A DNA stretch of 63,985 bases, filler included, from Barthelona sp. PAP020 (GCA_040182905.1; 16 parts of 16 records of this genome joined end to end with filler, not necessarily neighbours in it), one strand, 5' to 3'; positions 1-12,278 are shown, counted from the first letter of the whole stretch. Notes: a model not told the origin generated them from the letters alone. Program-made: numbers and translations.

Positions 1-1
1 G

Positions 2-160
2 ATCGATTTCATGCAAGGTATTATCAATGACTTATTTATTGATTATTGGAGATTTAAGAATAAAAATGTATTCGAACAATTGGAAAACCTCAGCTCTTTG
101 ATGGTCGAGGATTATAGTTTGGAAAATCTGTTACAGTTTATGTGTAATCCTTTTAGATAG
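2..160 (+). CDS. 3' end of an unknown protein (partial)
   Basis: Open frame from the window start, IDFMQGIINDLF...FMCNPFR*, followed by AT-rich intergenic DNA. Confidence 0.4.
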   Translation: MDFMQGIINDLFIDYWRFKNKNVFEQLENLSSLMVEDYSLENLLQFMCNPFR

Positions 161-602
161 TTGTTTGAAAATTATTGCACAATTTAATGTTGCTAATTTG
201 TTTGTAAAATATTCCCTTTTTATTATTATTTTTGGATTGGTTAATAGTTTTTTACAATTTTGAATTTCATTGTGTTAAAATATTTGTTTCACAAGTTTAC
301 TGTATTATTAATATCTTACCACAGCTATTTTTCTTTTGAGAAATTGTTTGAATGTTTAACCTTCAATGTTCTGTTTTTTTTTGCCGCAAAATCGTTATTC
401 TACACAACAATTAACATCGAAAAGGAATAAATATGTCAGAATATATCAATTAAAATCATTTTTTTAAAAAAATCTTTCTTTTAAAAATGGGGATCTATCT
501 GGTGAAAAACATGACAAAAGAACTTACTTAAGAAAAAGACTAAAACAAACATTTACAAAGAATTTTAAAAATATAAAACAAAAACCATAAACAAAGACTA
601 AA

Positions 603-3600
603 TCAGAAAGATGCAAAAGTTGGATCCAACAAATCAATTTCTCTTGAAACAAAATCTAATTGATTTGAGAAAAAATGTTTGAAACTGCTGGGGATATCAG
701 TTGAAGACAATTTCAAGGGTTGAATAAATAGTGGTTGATCAACTTGATCAATAGCAATATTACCACAAATTGGACAATCATTACCAAGAAGCTTCATTAG
801 ATCGTTTTCATGTTCAATTTGTTGAGTGCTTTCAAATGCCAACTGTTTTTTATCGAGATCTTTAAACAACTGTTGTTCTTTGTATTTTAAAGGTTCAACA
901 GCTTGAACTAATCTTAAATGTTTATTTACACAAATGGGATGAGCAATATGCCCACAAGGATAAACAATAACTTTTGATCTATTAATTATTGCAGAGCAAA
1001 TATCACAAGTACGGTCATGTGCAAGGAATACTCTGTTATTTCTTATTGACTGTAATTCAAAATTTTGCAAATAGCTAAGAGCTTCAGTTGCTTCCACAGT
1101 AGATTCCTTTGATTTTGCCAAATCTTCATTGAAAGTTTCAATTGAATCAAGAATAACTCGCTTTAATTTCTTAATCGTGGTTTTATCATCAGAAATCAAT
1201 GGTAACAGATCTTCAATAGTCAAACAACCAGAATCTCGCAACAATTCTTGAATTTGTAACATGTCACCCTTGACTTTTATTATCTCTCTCGCAAATTTCA
1301 TCCATAGATTTTTTTTTTCTTCAAAAATCTCCGCAGAATTAGCAACAATCCTTGCTGTATCAAAATCTTTACAAAATAATGCGTCATCCATTGCAGATTG
1401 TAAATTACCTAACTTCAAAAAGATACATGGTGTTATTCGTTTTGGATTTTCAAATTGTTGGGATAAATGCAAGGCAAATCCTAAGTTAACATAATCAGAA
1501 TGACTTTTCACAAAATACACAAATCTGCTGGAATCATGCAAACGAACATACAAACCTAACAATAAATTAGCGAAGCTAGCAAGCTTATCTTCTTCAACAA
1601 TGACATCCCCATCAAAAATCAATTCAATATACTCAATAGCAGCCTGTAATTGCTCAGGAATCGAATCTCCAGTTGTCAAAGAAATAAAAGTGGGAATCAT
1701 CAACTGTGGATCAAAATTTTTACTGTGACGAATTACACCAATCACTTTGGAAGGTAGTTCCATGAACAAAAAAGGCATATATAACTTATACAGCTCATTT
1801 CTCTTTTCCACTGGTTCAACAAACCATTTTAATTGTTCCAAAGCCTCGTTAAATTGCTTCGTTTGAATCAAGAAATACACTAGATAGTTATAATCCTTGA
1901 TATGTTCAGCAAATGGTATCAATAAAGAATCAATTAAGTCTGATTCAGATAATCGCTTCACAATACGTTTAGAAGTTTTAGCCAATGTGTTCTTGAATTC
2001 TTCACATGTCAAAAAGGATAAACAAGCGTCAATATGTTGTTTTTGTTCATTTTGAGGAGATGATAAAACTAAATTCAACAACTCATCAAACAAAAGATGG
2101 ATTAAAACAATTCTTTGGGCGGAAGTAGGAGGAACTAATTCAGAAGTAAGTTTAGCTTTGATATATCGAATAAGCAACTCACTCTTCATTTTATTGCTTC
2201 CTTCAAATCTGGTTATTAATAATTGAACCTGTGAAAAAGATATGTTTGAACTGGCAAAATTCTCCAATGCTTCAGTAATTTTGTTCATTTTCCACTGTTT
2301 TAAACCCAAACGCTCACATATTAAGCTTCGTGAAACCATATCATTCCCTACTTCTTGCAAAGCATTCTCATATTCTTCCAAATCAAAATAGATTTGCCAC
2401 AATCCTTTTTTTTCATTTGTAGGAACAATTTCATAAATATTATCTGTTGTTGCAATCCAATATCTGCCATATTGAACAGGTGTTATCAATTGATTTCCAT
2501 GCATATCTATCTCACCAGCAGCAGATACAGAAAGAATGTCATAACTGGTGGCAACAATCGGAGTCTTAAATGTAGGATGATATAATTCAACAGGTATCGC
2601 CTTAAAATCCGATTGAAGACTGAATGCCATCAAATTATCCCGATATATCACAAGAAAATGATCGGTTGTACAAAAAATATGCTGAGGGCTATTGTTCATT
2701 CCCTCAGACAAATCCAACATCGATAAAAGATCATCGGAATTACTTAACAATGTCATTTTTGTTTCAACAAGACCATCAACATCCGAGATTCGTCCATGAT
2801 ATACATTATTACTGAACAAAAATGCAAAAGAGTTGGCAAAACTCATGTGTGATGGATGATACAGACACATAACACTAAAATCAGCATCAGAAAGGATCTG
2901 TCTTTGCTCATAATCAGTCGATAACAAAGCATCTTGCCATCTAGGTGCACCCTTAAAAGTAAAAATAAAAGAACAAGTGCTAATCAAAATTGTGTGAGAG
3001 GTGTCAATTCTTAACCAATGAATTCCAGTAATGGCAGGATTGGTAAACTCATCAGTAGGTAATTTTAGTAATTGCTGATGTTGAGCTTTCAATCTTTTTT
3101 CAAATTTGATTGAAAGCAATTGGCCTTCAATTGTTCCAGCCAAAATCTCTTGACTAAATAAATCAGGCTCATAAAAATCATACATCCAACATACTGAAGT
3201 TATTTCCTTGTTATAAAATTTATACAAAGGCTCTACATTAACAATTTTATTCTTACTGTCCAAATAATCAAAATTAAAATAATAGGTACAACAATTTGTA
3301 CTAACTATTACTTGTTTCCCTTGTGGATTGGAAAATATTTTCTTTAAAATACAGTTTTCATTCTTAGGAAGAATCATTTCATATTGTCTACGTCTTTCCC
3401 AATCAACAATTGGTTTTTCACAACTTCCTGGTTCAGAAGGAACAACAGGCACCCGATATAATTTAAAAGAAGTTGTTAAAATAAACAAAGTATTGGAAGA
3501 CACACTTATTGAGACAATATCACCATCTAACAAATTAAAATCCAAAGAAGTATCATACACATTAAATACGAATTCATCTGGATTATGAACATCCTTTGGT

Positions 3601-3725
3601 TCAAAGGAATCATTTTCATTGTTAAATGGATCATGTCCAATTGGTGTATATGATGGTATTGATTCAAACTCAATGTCTTCTTCTGTTGAAAGATAATTGT
3701 TATCAGTAATATAATTGAGAAGCAT
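603..3725 (-). CDS. VPS18: Vacuolar protein sorting 18 (Pep3), HOPS/CORVET subunit
   Basis: 1040 aa. N-terminal propeller (KIFSNPQGKQVIVS, ITSVCW, ILAGT), alpha-solenoid (KKNLWMKFA, LTIEDLLP) and C-terminal RING (CDIC...YPCGHIAH..C...CPICG). Confidence 0.9.
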   Translation of the reverse strand: MLLNYITDNNYLSTEEDIEFESIPSYTPIGHDPFNNENDSFEPKDVHNPDEFVFNVYDTSLDFNLLDGDIVSISVSSNTLFILTTSFKLYRVPVVPSEPGSCEKPIVDWERRRQYEMILPKNENCILKKIFSNPQGKQVIVSTNCCTYYFNFDYLDSKNKIVNVEPLYKFYNKEITSVCWMYDFYEPDLFSQEILAGTIEGQLLSIKFEKRLKAQHQQLLKLPTDEFTNPAITGIHWLRIDTSHTILISTCSFIFTFKGAPRWQDALLSTDYEQRQILSDADFSVMCLYHPSHMSFANSFAFLFSNNVYHGRISDVDGLVETKMTLLSNSDDLLSMLDLSEGMNNSPQHIFCTTDHFLVIYRDNLMAFSLQSDFKAIPVELYHPTFKTPIVATSYDILSVSAAGEIDMHGNQLITPVQYGRYWIATTDNIYEIVPTNEKKGLWQIYFDLEEYENALQEVGNDMVSRSLICERLGLKQWKMNKITEALENFASSNISFSQVQLLITRFEGSNKMKSELLIRYIKAKLTSELVPPTSAQRIVLIHLLFDELLNLVLSSPQNEQKQHIDACLSFLTCEEFKNTLAKTSKRIVKRLSESDLIDSLLIPFAEHIKDYNYLVYFLIQTKQFNEALEQLKWFVEPVEKRNELYKLYMPFLFMELPSKVIGVIRHSKNFDPQLMIPTFISLTTGDSIPEQLQAAIEYIELIFDGDVIVEEDKLASFANLLLGLYVRLHDSSRFVYFVKSHSDYVNLGFALHLSQQFENPKRITPCIFLKLGNLQSAMDDALFCKDFDTARIVANSAEIFEEKKNLWMKFAREIIKVKGDMLQIQELLRDSGCLTIEDLLPLISDDKTTIKKLKRVILDSIETFNEDLAKSKESTVEATEALSYLQNFELQSIRNNRVFLAHDRTCDICSAIINRSKVIVYPCGHIAHPICVNKHLRLVQAVEPLKYKEQQLFKDLDKKQLAFESTQQIEHENDLMKLLGNDCPICGNIAIDQVDQPLFIQPLKLSSTDIPSSFKHFFSNQLDFVSREIDLLDPTFASF

Positions 3726-4085
3726 TGAAAAAAAAAATATGTCAAATTTTTTTGTGAAATTAAACTCATAAATAGAAGTTCTATTTTAATTTTGTACAAA
3801 TTTACATATTGTTAACAATATTTTGTTCAAAAACTGGACAAAAAACCTGTTTTAAAGAATATCCGAAGATGATAAACCATCAACCTTTGGGATCTTAAAA
3901 AGAAATACAAAAACAATTTATAATTTATAATTTATGAGTTTATTAACATTTATTTTTTCAAAACTTGCAAAATTCTTATAATTTAAATGAATTCAATCTT
4001 CTTCATATTCAGGAAATAAAAGAAAACAAGAATTAAGTGTAAATTTCAATATATTCACTTGATACATCTTCAAATCTTGAATTCT

Positions 4086-4185
4086 NNNNNNNNNNNNNNN
4101 NNNNNNNNNNNNNNNNNNNNNNNNNNNNNTTAATTAATTAANNNNNNNNNNNNNNNNNNNNNNNNNNNNNNNNNNNNNNNNNNNN
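4086..4185. other. Artificial contig linker N44-TTAATTAATTAA-N44 (one of 15)
   Basis: The same 100-bp spacer with six-frame stops starts at 4086, 8247, 12378, 16484, 20574, 24660, 28743, 32813, 36875, 40934, 44974, 49078, 53206, 57217 and 61211. Genes are truncated at these junctions. Confidence 0.98.
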
Positions 4186-4186
4186 C

Positions 4187-4324
4187 AAATTGGAAAATGC
4201 TCATCGTTTTGACTGTGAAGCTTTCAATAGACGTGATATTCCAAAAGAAGAAGAAAGACAAAGAGAAGCTTATGATGCATATGATGATGAAGGACCTACT
4301 GGTACAACATGTCAAGCTCAATAG
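4187..4324 (+). CDS. Type I DnaJ (Ydj1/DNAJA) C-terminus (partial)
   Basis: ...QREAYDAYDDEGPTGTTCQAQ*: typical DNAJA tail ending in the CaaX box CQAQ. Confidence 0.75.
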   Translation, partial: KLENAHRFDCEAFNRRDIPKEEERQREAYDAYDDEGPTGTTCQAQ

Positions 4325-4568
4325 AGGAAGAAACATAGTCGTTTTGAAAAAAACATATAAATTGAACATTTTTTTCTGTTTTCACATTTTTCTTTACTTC
4401 AAATAGAAATTCCAATCCACGCCGAAACATTTTCCGAGCATAAACAAATGATTTTGCATTTAAAAAAAAAGGCGGTAATTTTACAATTTAAAAAAAAAAT
4501 CCGATTCATTTAATCACTAAAAATTAAATAACTTTCTAAATACATATACAACATAAAAATTCTTCCAA

Positions 4569-6873
4569 TTAATTATATCTGACTTTATCTTTCACCAAAC
4601 CTCTTGCTTTTGGCATATCAGTCACATTGACCTTGCTTTTCCTTCTGCTGGAAGAACGTTCTGGTTTACCAATAGTCTTCAATTTCAACTTTTGTTGCTT
4701 TTCTTCCTGTTCATGATACATGAAAAAACGATCATCTGTGTTGTTGACTTCTTGATTCCATTGAGCTTCTTGTGTAGCCCATTCATCATTGAACCCTTTT
4801 TTAAAATGTTCATCTGCAGGCATATCCAAATTCAGTGCGATTAAATTGTTGTCATGGAATCTAGAGGAAAGGGCAATGTCGTTGGGATATGTTTGTTTTG
4901 AAGCTTGCAATGAATATTGGGACCTTGGTCTTTGGCCACCAGCAGGAGAAGGCCTTTGAACTCTCATGAGATTACCGACAATATCCAAACCAGGAACAAA
5001 CCATTCACCAGTTGCTTGTAATTCTGCTCTTCTTTCTAATTCAGAAATAACCTCAACAGGAATGAAATTGTCAATAATCAACATTCTGAGACGTAATTGA
5101 TTTGTTAATTCGCGAATCGTTTCTAAAAGATCCGCTCTATCATTCGAAAACTCTTCATTAATGTCTTTAATCTCTTGTTTGCCTGCTTTATAGAGTTTAT
5201 ACAATTTTTGAATTTTTTGGGTCTTCTTTTCACATTCTTCTTGAATATCTTTGAACTGTTCCTCAACAATTAATTGTTGCTCTTCACGTTCAGCTAATTG
5301 TTGAGCTAACAAAGCTTCCTGACGCTTTCTTTCTTCATTTTCCAAACGCATTTTATACAATTCAATTTCTTGCTCTTTGGCTTTCTCAGCTATAACAGAA
5401 CCGACTAGAACTTGCTCTTCCATTTGTTTGATTTTTGAAGCCATTAATCGTTTTGCTTGTGCTTCCTTTTCTAAAGCTTCTTCTTTGGCTTTTAATTCTT
5501 CTTCAAAAGCTTGCTGTTCTTCTTGAAGTCTTTTCTTTTCTTCTAATAATTTCTGTTGTTCTTCAACAGTTTGAGAACGAATCTGATCCTCGATCTCTTT
5601 TATCTTTCGGTTATATTCTTCTTCCTTCATTCCAACTTCAACCGTTCTGACAACCTCAATTTTTTGAACTTCTCCAGGTAAGTATACAGTTTCACCTGGA
5701 GCTCCAGGCATCATCATAGGCTGTCCTGCTTCAAGAGGTTGACCACCTAAAGCCGCTTTTAATCGTTTAATTTCTTCTTGCAAATCACGAAGCATAGCAT
5801 CTTTTGGGTCTTCATTGATAATGGGTTTATTCTTTATTTTTGAAGCTCGATCAGCATATCTACATGTTGAAATAGATTCATCATAGTTATAATCAGCAGG
5901 TCCAAGGGTGGCAATCATAACCGTCTTTGAATTTCCTCCCAAAGAATCTTGCAAAAGTCTTGTCAATTTTGAATCACGATAAGGTATAACCTTTCTGTTG
6001 GTAGTTAAAGCGTCAATAACATTGGATAAAGCCAATAAAGACATGTTAATATTTACACCTTCTGTAAATGTTTGACCAGAAGCACCAGTCTTTTTGGTAC
6101 GTTCCGAACCAGCAAGATCAACCAAATTTAATTTTCCTACTTTTATATGGTCAACACCAGCATCATCGGTCTCGCATGTTTCCAATGTGATAATAAATAT
6201 AGAGTGAGATCTGGAACTTTCGCTGTTCATATTTGTCTGTGCTACAGCCCTATTGCTCGTTCCTCTATCTAAAACAGCAGAAATAGCCTCAACTGAATTA
6301 CATACTTCTTTACTCAATCCATATACATAAACAGCTTTATCATCGTTCATTTTCAACTTTAAATCTCGATTTTCCTTGTCTAACAGATCGTTTACTTGTT
6401 CATTATATATTTCTAAATACGAAACGCTGACTAAAAATTTCTTATTATCTGAAGATTGCAAGGCTATGTGTGAAAAAATATGTTCAAATGCGTTTGGAGT
6501 GATTCCTCTTAATATTGGATCTTTTGGCAATCCAGTCATTGTGAAAGTCTAAAAATTAGAAAAGATCAATTTGTACATTATATACTTTACCAGTTCCAGT
6601 TTGACCATAAGCAAGAATTGTACCATTAAATCCTCCAAGTACAGATTCAACAATAGGATGTGCAGTGCTTTCATATACATCAGTTTGTTTCGAATTGTCA
6701 CCAAATGCCCAATGGAAGGAAAATACTTTCGGATCTCTATCACTGTGATCAGGATTTTGAATATAAACAGAGTTCTTAGATTCATCAACATCGACAATTT
6801 TTGTATTTTTGTTGGTTCTTTCCTTACTATTTAATGGCCGTAATCTAATCGCAACTTTTACCTCTTCAGGCAT
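4569..6873 (-). CDS. Kinesin-2 motor subunit (KIF3/FLA10-like), 2 exons, about 755 aa
   Basis: Exon 1 6873-6586 (MPEEVKVAIRLRP...AYGQTGTGK), 37-nt GT-AG intron 6585-6549, exon 2 (TFTMTG...NSESSRSH, LVDLAGSER, INEDPKDAMLR, coiled coil). Splicing restores the P-loop. Confidence 0.92.
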
Positions 6874-7450
6874 TCGAAAATCAGTTTTGTGGATCAAAAA
6901 AAAAAAAATCAAATCCCAAATGAATTTCTCATTTGAATGATTCATCTTTTTTTCTTTTGAATAAAATAATCATAAGAATAAAAATGTTTGCAATAAGGTT
7001 TACACAAAATTAAAAAGAAATCTCAATGACTAAATGAGATTCAAAATGGTCATAAACATGGACTTGAAAACTTCCGTTTGGTCATTCAAACTATTAAAAA
7101 TGTTTTCATGATGCTTTTTCAAACAACTGTTCAAACAACAGAAATTTTTGAGATCTAAATATTAAACATGGACAAAATGGCAAAATTTACGGGAATGATA
7201 GAATCAAAAACAAAATCAACATTACCAACAATGAGAAACAAATGTGCAGTGTTGAAAATGAAAACAAAAAAGTATATAAAAATACAAAACAGCAAAATTT
7301 TTTGAATCTAAAAATATCTGTTCACATCCAAATTAGATTATTAACAATTTAAATTTTGAAAATGAATGAATTCAACAAAAAAAAAAATTGAAAAGAATTG
7401 CAAAAAAAAGAACAAAATTTTTCACAATTTTTTGTCTTCGTTAACTAGAA

Positions 7451-7727
7451 ATGGTATGTTCAGTGAAAGCAACACATTGTATATGATTACAATATCATAG
7501 TTTTTTACATTTTCGGGTTACTAACAATTAGGCTGCATACAAAACCTTCAATAAGAAAAGAAGAATGGCTAAACTTCGTCGTACTAATCGTCGTGCCCCT
7601 ACTTGGTTATATTATACCACTGATGCAAACAATCGCTCCCTTCGGTAATGATTTTTTCTGTTCGATCTTTCTAACATTTAGTTCATCTTCAAAGAGAAAT
7701 TGGAGACGTAATTCATTGAAGCTCTAG
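7451..7727 (+). CDS. RPL39: 60S ribosomal protein L39 (eL39), 3 exons, 53 aa; missed by the ORF track
   Basis: ATG 7451-7453, intron 7454-7531, exon 7532-7644, intron 7645-7681, exon 7682-7727. Spliced product: MAAYKTFNKKRRMAKLRRTNRRAPTWLYYTTDANNRSLRSSSKRNWRRNSLKL. Confidence 0.9.
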
Positions 7728-7927
7728 TGAGTTTATATCAAAATTTATACTATTATCTTCAACTCGATTAAATTTTATTTTTTATCATTTAATTTTGAAG
7801 AATTTTCGTAAAAGTTTCTAGTTTGGCTTTGTTTTTTCGTTTAATTAAAAAAAAATGATACAAAAATAATTTATAAAAAGAGAATACAATTCTCTTTTTG
7901 TTTAAAACTCAATTTTTAGGTTGTGAC

Positions 7928-8246
7928 TCACTTACTTTGTTGTCTTTTAGATTTAAAGCTTCTGGAAAGTTCTTCTTCTTTTGTTAATCTTTGTTGGAAC
8001 GATTGAACCTTATCACGTAAGGAACGAATGACAACAGCTTTTTGAGAAAGAATCTTGTTTAAATTTTGAACATAATTGTCAACATCAGCACCTGGTCTAT
8101 CGACATCATTCAAAAGAATCATTTCTTCACGCATTAGTTCCATCATAATGTCCACTTGTTGCCTGTGCAAAGCAATCAGATTATCTTGTTCATCTAAAAT
8201 TTCAGTGGCAATAGCCTTGTGAGTTAAAGCCAATTGATCTGTTTCA
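7928..8246 (-). CDS. Kinesin-13 C-terminal domain (partial)
   Basis: HRQQVDIMMELMREEMILLNDVDRPGADVDNYV..L..ILSQK matches the conserved kinesin-13 tail. Confidence 0.75.
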
Positions 8247-8346
8247 NNNNNNNNNNNNNNNNNNNNNNNNNNNNNNNNNNNNNNNNNNNNTTAATTAATT
8301 AANNNNNNNNNNNNNNNNNNNNNNNNNNNNNNNNNNNNNNNNNNNN

Positions 8347-8462
8347 GGTCCAATTTTTTAAGTTACTTGGGCATCTGAATCCACGTGAGTTTTCCCCAAA
8401 CCTTAAGCTAACTCGTTTCGTTGTTCACTGAACAACTCATACCTCATAAATATCTAATAAAA
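8347..8462 (+). repeat. Dispersed repeat A, copy 1
   Basis: Near-identical to 36976-37091 (+) and 51361-51474 (-). Contains the palindrome GTTGTTCA-C-TGAACAAC and is followed by an (AATAA)n-like tail. Confidence 0.92.
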
Positions 8463-8558
8463 ATAAATAAATAAAAATAAAATAAATAAAAATTCAAAGC
8501 ATTTATTAAGCATTTAAATGTCAAAAAAAAAAAACATCATGATAAATCAAAAACGGCA

Positions 8559-11500
8559 TCATTCAATATTTCTACGTTTGGCTTTACTTCTCGTTGATTT
8601 CTTCGTTGTATTTTGAAATGATTGATCAGTTTTGGACTTGGACTTGGATTGAGAATTTGAATTATCAAAAACAGATGATTTAAGTCTGGTGGCAACATTC
8701 ATACTTTTATCCGATTTTTTTAGGATAATTTCTTGATTCAAACTTTCCTTTCCTTTTTTTTGATTCTCACTCTTTTCATCATCAATTAAAATAGGAGTTA
8801 GAGAAGGACCAACAATGTTATCCAATAGTTCTTCAAACAAAGAGATCAATTGAGAATTTGGAGTAAAATCATCATTGCTCCAATTTTCAATGAAAAAGCT
8901 TCTCATTCTGATGAGAAGATCATCTTGTTCTTCATTAACAATGAAATGAGCAAAGAAATTGGTCATTCTTGTTGTTTTTTCAATGTCTAATTTGTAAATT
9001 GGGTGCAACATTCCAACAGAAAAGTTATTCTCTCGATGAAACGCCAACATATCACAATCGACTGCAGAATAATGATTGATAATTGAACTATGAGCATTAA
9101 GATGGTCTTCATTTTCATTAAAATAACCAAACAAAGATTTAACTTTAAATTGTTGATAAGGCAATGGTTTGGTATAAATGAGTTCATCATTATACAGAAT
9201 CAATGGATGTTTATTAAGCAAATACCAATAAGAAGCTGAAAACCACGATGAATTGTTTTTTTTATTTGTTTCAACAATGATAGAATCAAACTTGTTTTCA
9301 ACGTGTTTGGGACGGAATTGAGTAGGAAAATGTTCAGCTTCCACAAATTCTAACAAATTTTCCTTAGATGAAGCATTCAACGTGAAGCTATGTGGTAAAT
9401 TATTTCTTTTTATTGAATAAATCTTTGCATAGAAACAATAAGTTAGCAAAAAGGTCAAATGATTCAACGCTTTTGTAGATAAAATTCTTGTTCTTCTAAT
9501 TTTTAAATTTTCGTTTGTCTTAACAAGTTTATGAATGAATGAATTGATATTAGTGTGTAAACTATTCAAATTTCCTTGAGAAATCCCATTTGCATTGCAA
9601 AATTTATGTTTCGATTGAACTCTTTGATCCAAATATTCTTGATACATGTTATAATGGGTGATGATATCAGAAAGTACCAACCTATTACTAACAGCTGAAA
9701 AATGTGGTAAATTATGATGTAAACCTTGAAATCTTCCATGTACTCTGTTGAATGATGCTCTATCTCTAACCATATTCATATAAGCATCAAAATATACCCC
9801 TTTGGATTGAATAATTCCTAAAATAACAATTGCTTCATACAAATACCCTAATGGAGCAGCCATCAAAAGAAAATGAGCTTCATTTGCACAAATATCTAAG
9901 TCTGCTGCCAACTTTCCAATTACGGTAGTACATAATTTCCCATTAACAAGGCTTAAAGCTGCTTTATTCTTCAAAATATTGATCATCTTGTTGTATTCCT
10001 CACGTTTAGGTGGATCAATCAATTGTTCAATAAATTTTGCAGGTGAAATATTGTAAAATGCAGCAAAAGATAAAGATTCATACACAATCTTCTCTAATGA
10101 CACCATATGAATTTCACTCTTTCTGAAAGCTCTAGACTGTTCAAAAATTCTTTTAGAAAACAAATGAAAAACCACGCCAGGTCTTACACGTCCACATCTA
10201 CCTTCACGTTGAATAGAACTAGCCCTGGTACAAGCATTTGTTGAAAGCAAATTACTCTCCGTAATGTTGGAATAACGAACTTCTTTTTGCCAACCCGTGT
10301 TAATGACATACTTTAAATCTGGAAAAGTAATAGAAGATTCAGCAATATCTGTTGCAATGAAAATTCTAAAAGTGTTTTCATCACAAGGTTCTGAAAACTG
10401 TCGAACAGTATCACGATCAACCAATAAGGAATGAAGAAAATGTAATTCTGCTTTGAAGACTCCATTATCAATGAGATATGTCAAAGTCTCTTGAACATCA
10501 TGCAAATAGGTAATACCAGGAACAAATATTAACCAATCATCTCCAGGGTTCTGATATTTATTGATAATTGCTCCAATACATGCAGTAACATGCCCTAAAG
10601 AATGATAAGGTCCTTCATTAGACTGAATAAGATTGAAAAAATATTCCTCATAATTAGAATGTTGAGGTGCAAATTCAACATGCTTGTCAATATCATCAAT
10701 GAAATACCTGTCAATAGGATATCTTAGAGCACCAACATTCAAAGTATTTGACACTGAAAAGCCATGTTTGGAAAAATACCTGGTAAAAATTTTTGACTCT
10801 AATGTGGCTGATAACAGAATAACTTTTCGTACTCTTTTTTCCTTCAAAAGGGTGATGGCATTGTATAACAAAATATCAACATCTAATGAACGTTCATGAA
10901 CTTCATCAATGAAAAGATAATCAATCATACAATCTTGGACCCCTTTTAAGTAAGAATTAAAATAACCAGTGGTGTAGAAAATCATCTTTGAGCTATCCCC
11001 AATGTGAACATCTCCTCTCATGGCATAACCAACCAAGGATCCAATTTTAGTGCCGATAGAATTAGCTACACGCTTGGCAACACTTGTACACGCAAGCCTT
11101 CTGGGTTGCGTGCATACAATGGTATCCTCAGGATATTTTTCATGTAAAAACAAAGGAACACGTGTACTTTTTCCTGCACCAGTATCAGCGGTAATCATGG
11201 TCACATCATACTCTTCAATAGCCCTCAAAATTCGATCTTTATGGGCATCAATAGGCAATTCATAATTCTCTTCGTGAGGATAATAGATTTTAATGAACCT
11301 TTCAACGAACTCATAATTTTGGTAATGAAAGTTTCTAGTCGTATTTAATAACGTTTCTTTGAGCTCACCAATTGGAACCTTTGGTAAAATCTCTTTTACA
11401 TCAACCAGATTTCCATTCTGTTCAGATAGAGTGAAAAAAAACGTTTGATTCAATGCAGCCATTGCATCTTTCGTATCTTCAGAATTAATAGGCAATCGAT

Positions 11501-11912
11501 TTTGTAAAAATAACGTTATTGCCACATGAAATGAAGTAGGCGCATGAGATATCATTGTTTGATATGGTAATTGTTCTTCTAAATCTTCAGGACTTTCAAT
11601 AAAACTGAAATTAACAAAATAGGATTCAGGATAAGCCCAAAAAAATAAATCTTTAGAAAAAATAGCACAAGTGTTGTACATTTTACAACATCTAACAAAA
11701 TCTTCAGGAGAACAAAAAATGGTATGTTCATTGGTTTCATCATCCAAAACCATTGAATATTCGAAACTATCTTTAACATTAACAAAACAAAAATCGTTAG
11801 TACATTGATTTTTCATAACATTAACACATTTTAAATATTCTTCATCTGAAATATGTTCAACATCAAAAAAAATCATATCAACGTCTTCATAAGCTAAATA
11901 ATCAATATTCAT
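8559..11912 (-). CDS. DEAH/RHA-box RNA helicase
   Basis: Motifs TGAGKST, TQPRR, DEVHER, LSAT, ATDIAESSIT and QREGRCGR, followed by an HA2-like region. Confidence 0.92.
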   Translation of the reverse strand: MNIDYLAYEDVDMIFFDVEHISDEEYLKCVNVMKNQCTNDFCFVNVKDSFEYSMVLDDETNEHTIFCSPEDFVRCCKMYNTCAIFSKDLFFWAYPESYFVNFSFIESPEDLEEQLPYQTMISHAPTSFHVAITLFLQNRLPINSEDTKDAMAALNQTFFFTLSEQNGNLVDVKEILPKVPIGELKETLLNTTRNFHYQNYEFVERFIKIYYPHEENYELPIDAHKDRILRAIEEYDVTMITADTGAGKSTRVPLFLHEKYPEDTIVCTQPRRLACTSVAKRVANSIGTKIGSLVGYAMRGDVHIGDSSKMIFYTTGYFNSYLKGVQDCMIDYLFIDEVHERSLDVDILLYNAITLLKEKRVRKVILLSATLESKIFTRYFSKHGFSVSNTLNVGALRYPIDRYFIDDIDKHVEFAPQHSNYEEYFFNLIQSNEGPYHSLGHVTACIGAIINKYQNPGDDWLIFVPGITYLHDVQETLTYLIDNGVFKAELHFLHSLLVDRDTVRQFSEPCDENTFRIFIATDIAESSITFPDLKYVINTGWQKEVRYSNITESNLLSTNACTRASSIQREGRCGRVRPGVVFHLFSKRIFEQSRAFRKSEIHMVSLEKIVYESLSFAAFYNISPAKFIEQLIDPPKREEYNKMINILKNKAALSLVNGKLCTTVIGKLAADLDICANEAHFLLMAAPLGYLYEAIVILGIIQSKGVYFDAYMNMVRDRASFNRVHGRFQGLHHNLPHFSAVSNRLVLSDIITHYNMYQEYLDQRVQSKHKFCNANGISQGNLNSLHTNINSFIHKLVKTNENLKIRRTRILSTKALNHLTFLLTYCFYAKIYSIKRNNLPHSFTLNASSKENLLEFVEAEHFPTQFRPKHVENKFDSIIVETNKKNNSSWFSASYWYLLNKHPLILYNDELIYTKPLPYQQFKVKSLFGYFNENEDHLNAHSSIINHYSAVDCDMLAFHRENNFSVGMLHPIYKLDIEKTTRMTNFFAHFIVNEEQDDLLIRMRSFFIENWSNDDFTPNSQLISLFEELLDNIVGPSLTPILIDDEKSENQKKGKESLNQEIILKKSDKSMNVATRLKSSVFDNSNSQSKSKSKTDQSFQNTTKKSTRSKAKRRNIE

Positions 11913-12278
11913 CTTTCAAAAATAATAAAATAAAATATTATTGAATGAAAAAAACGAAAAAAAAAAGAGGGGAAGAAAAGTTTCCTTTAGATTTTTTCAA
12001 AAAATCTGGTTTGTGGCCAACCATTTTTAAAATCAGTTATTTCTCATAGAAATGTAATATAATAAAAAACCATAAATGTTGCAAACATTTTTTAAAGATC
12101 TATTTCTCTGTTTGGATGACTGATTCACTGTTTGCTTTGAATATTATTGATATAGTTGAAATTGACACAAAAAAAAGGAATGATGGACAAACAATTCAGA
12201 GAAACAATTGAGAAAAAGATAAAAATTCTGCCAAAAGAATCCTTCTTAAAATTGTATGATTATAAAAAATAAACAAGC

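Noticed and set aside
4130..4141. Recurrent TTAATTAATTAA palindrome every ~4 kb
   Set aside because: Artificial six-frame-stop linker flanked by N runs. Gene adjacency across linkers has no biological meaning.
7454..7531. Intronic snoRNA in the longer RPL39 intron
   Set aside because: No convincing C/D or H/ACA boxes; only a 6-bp hairpin.
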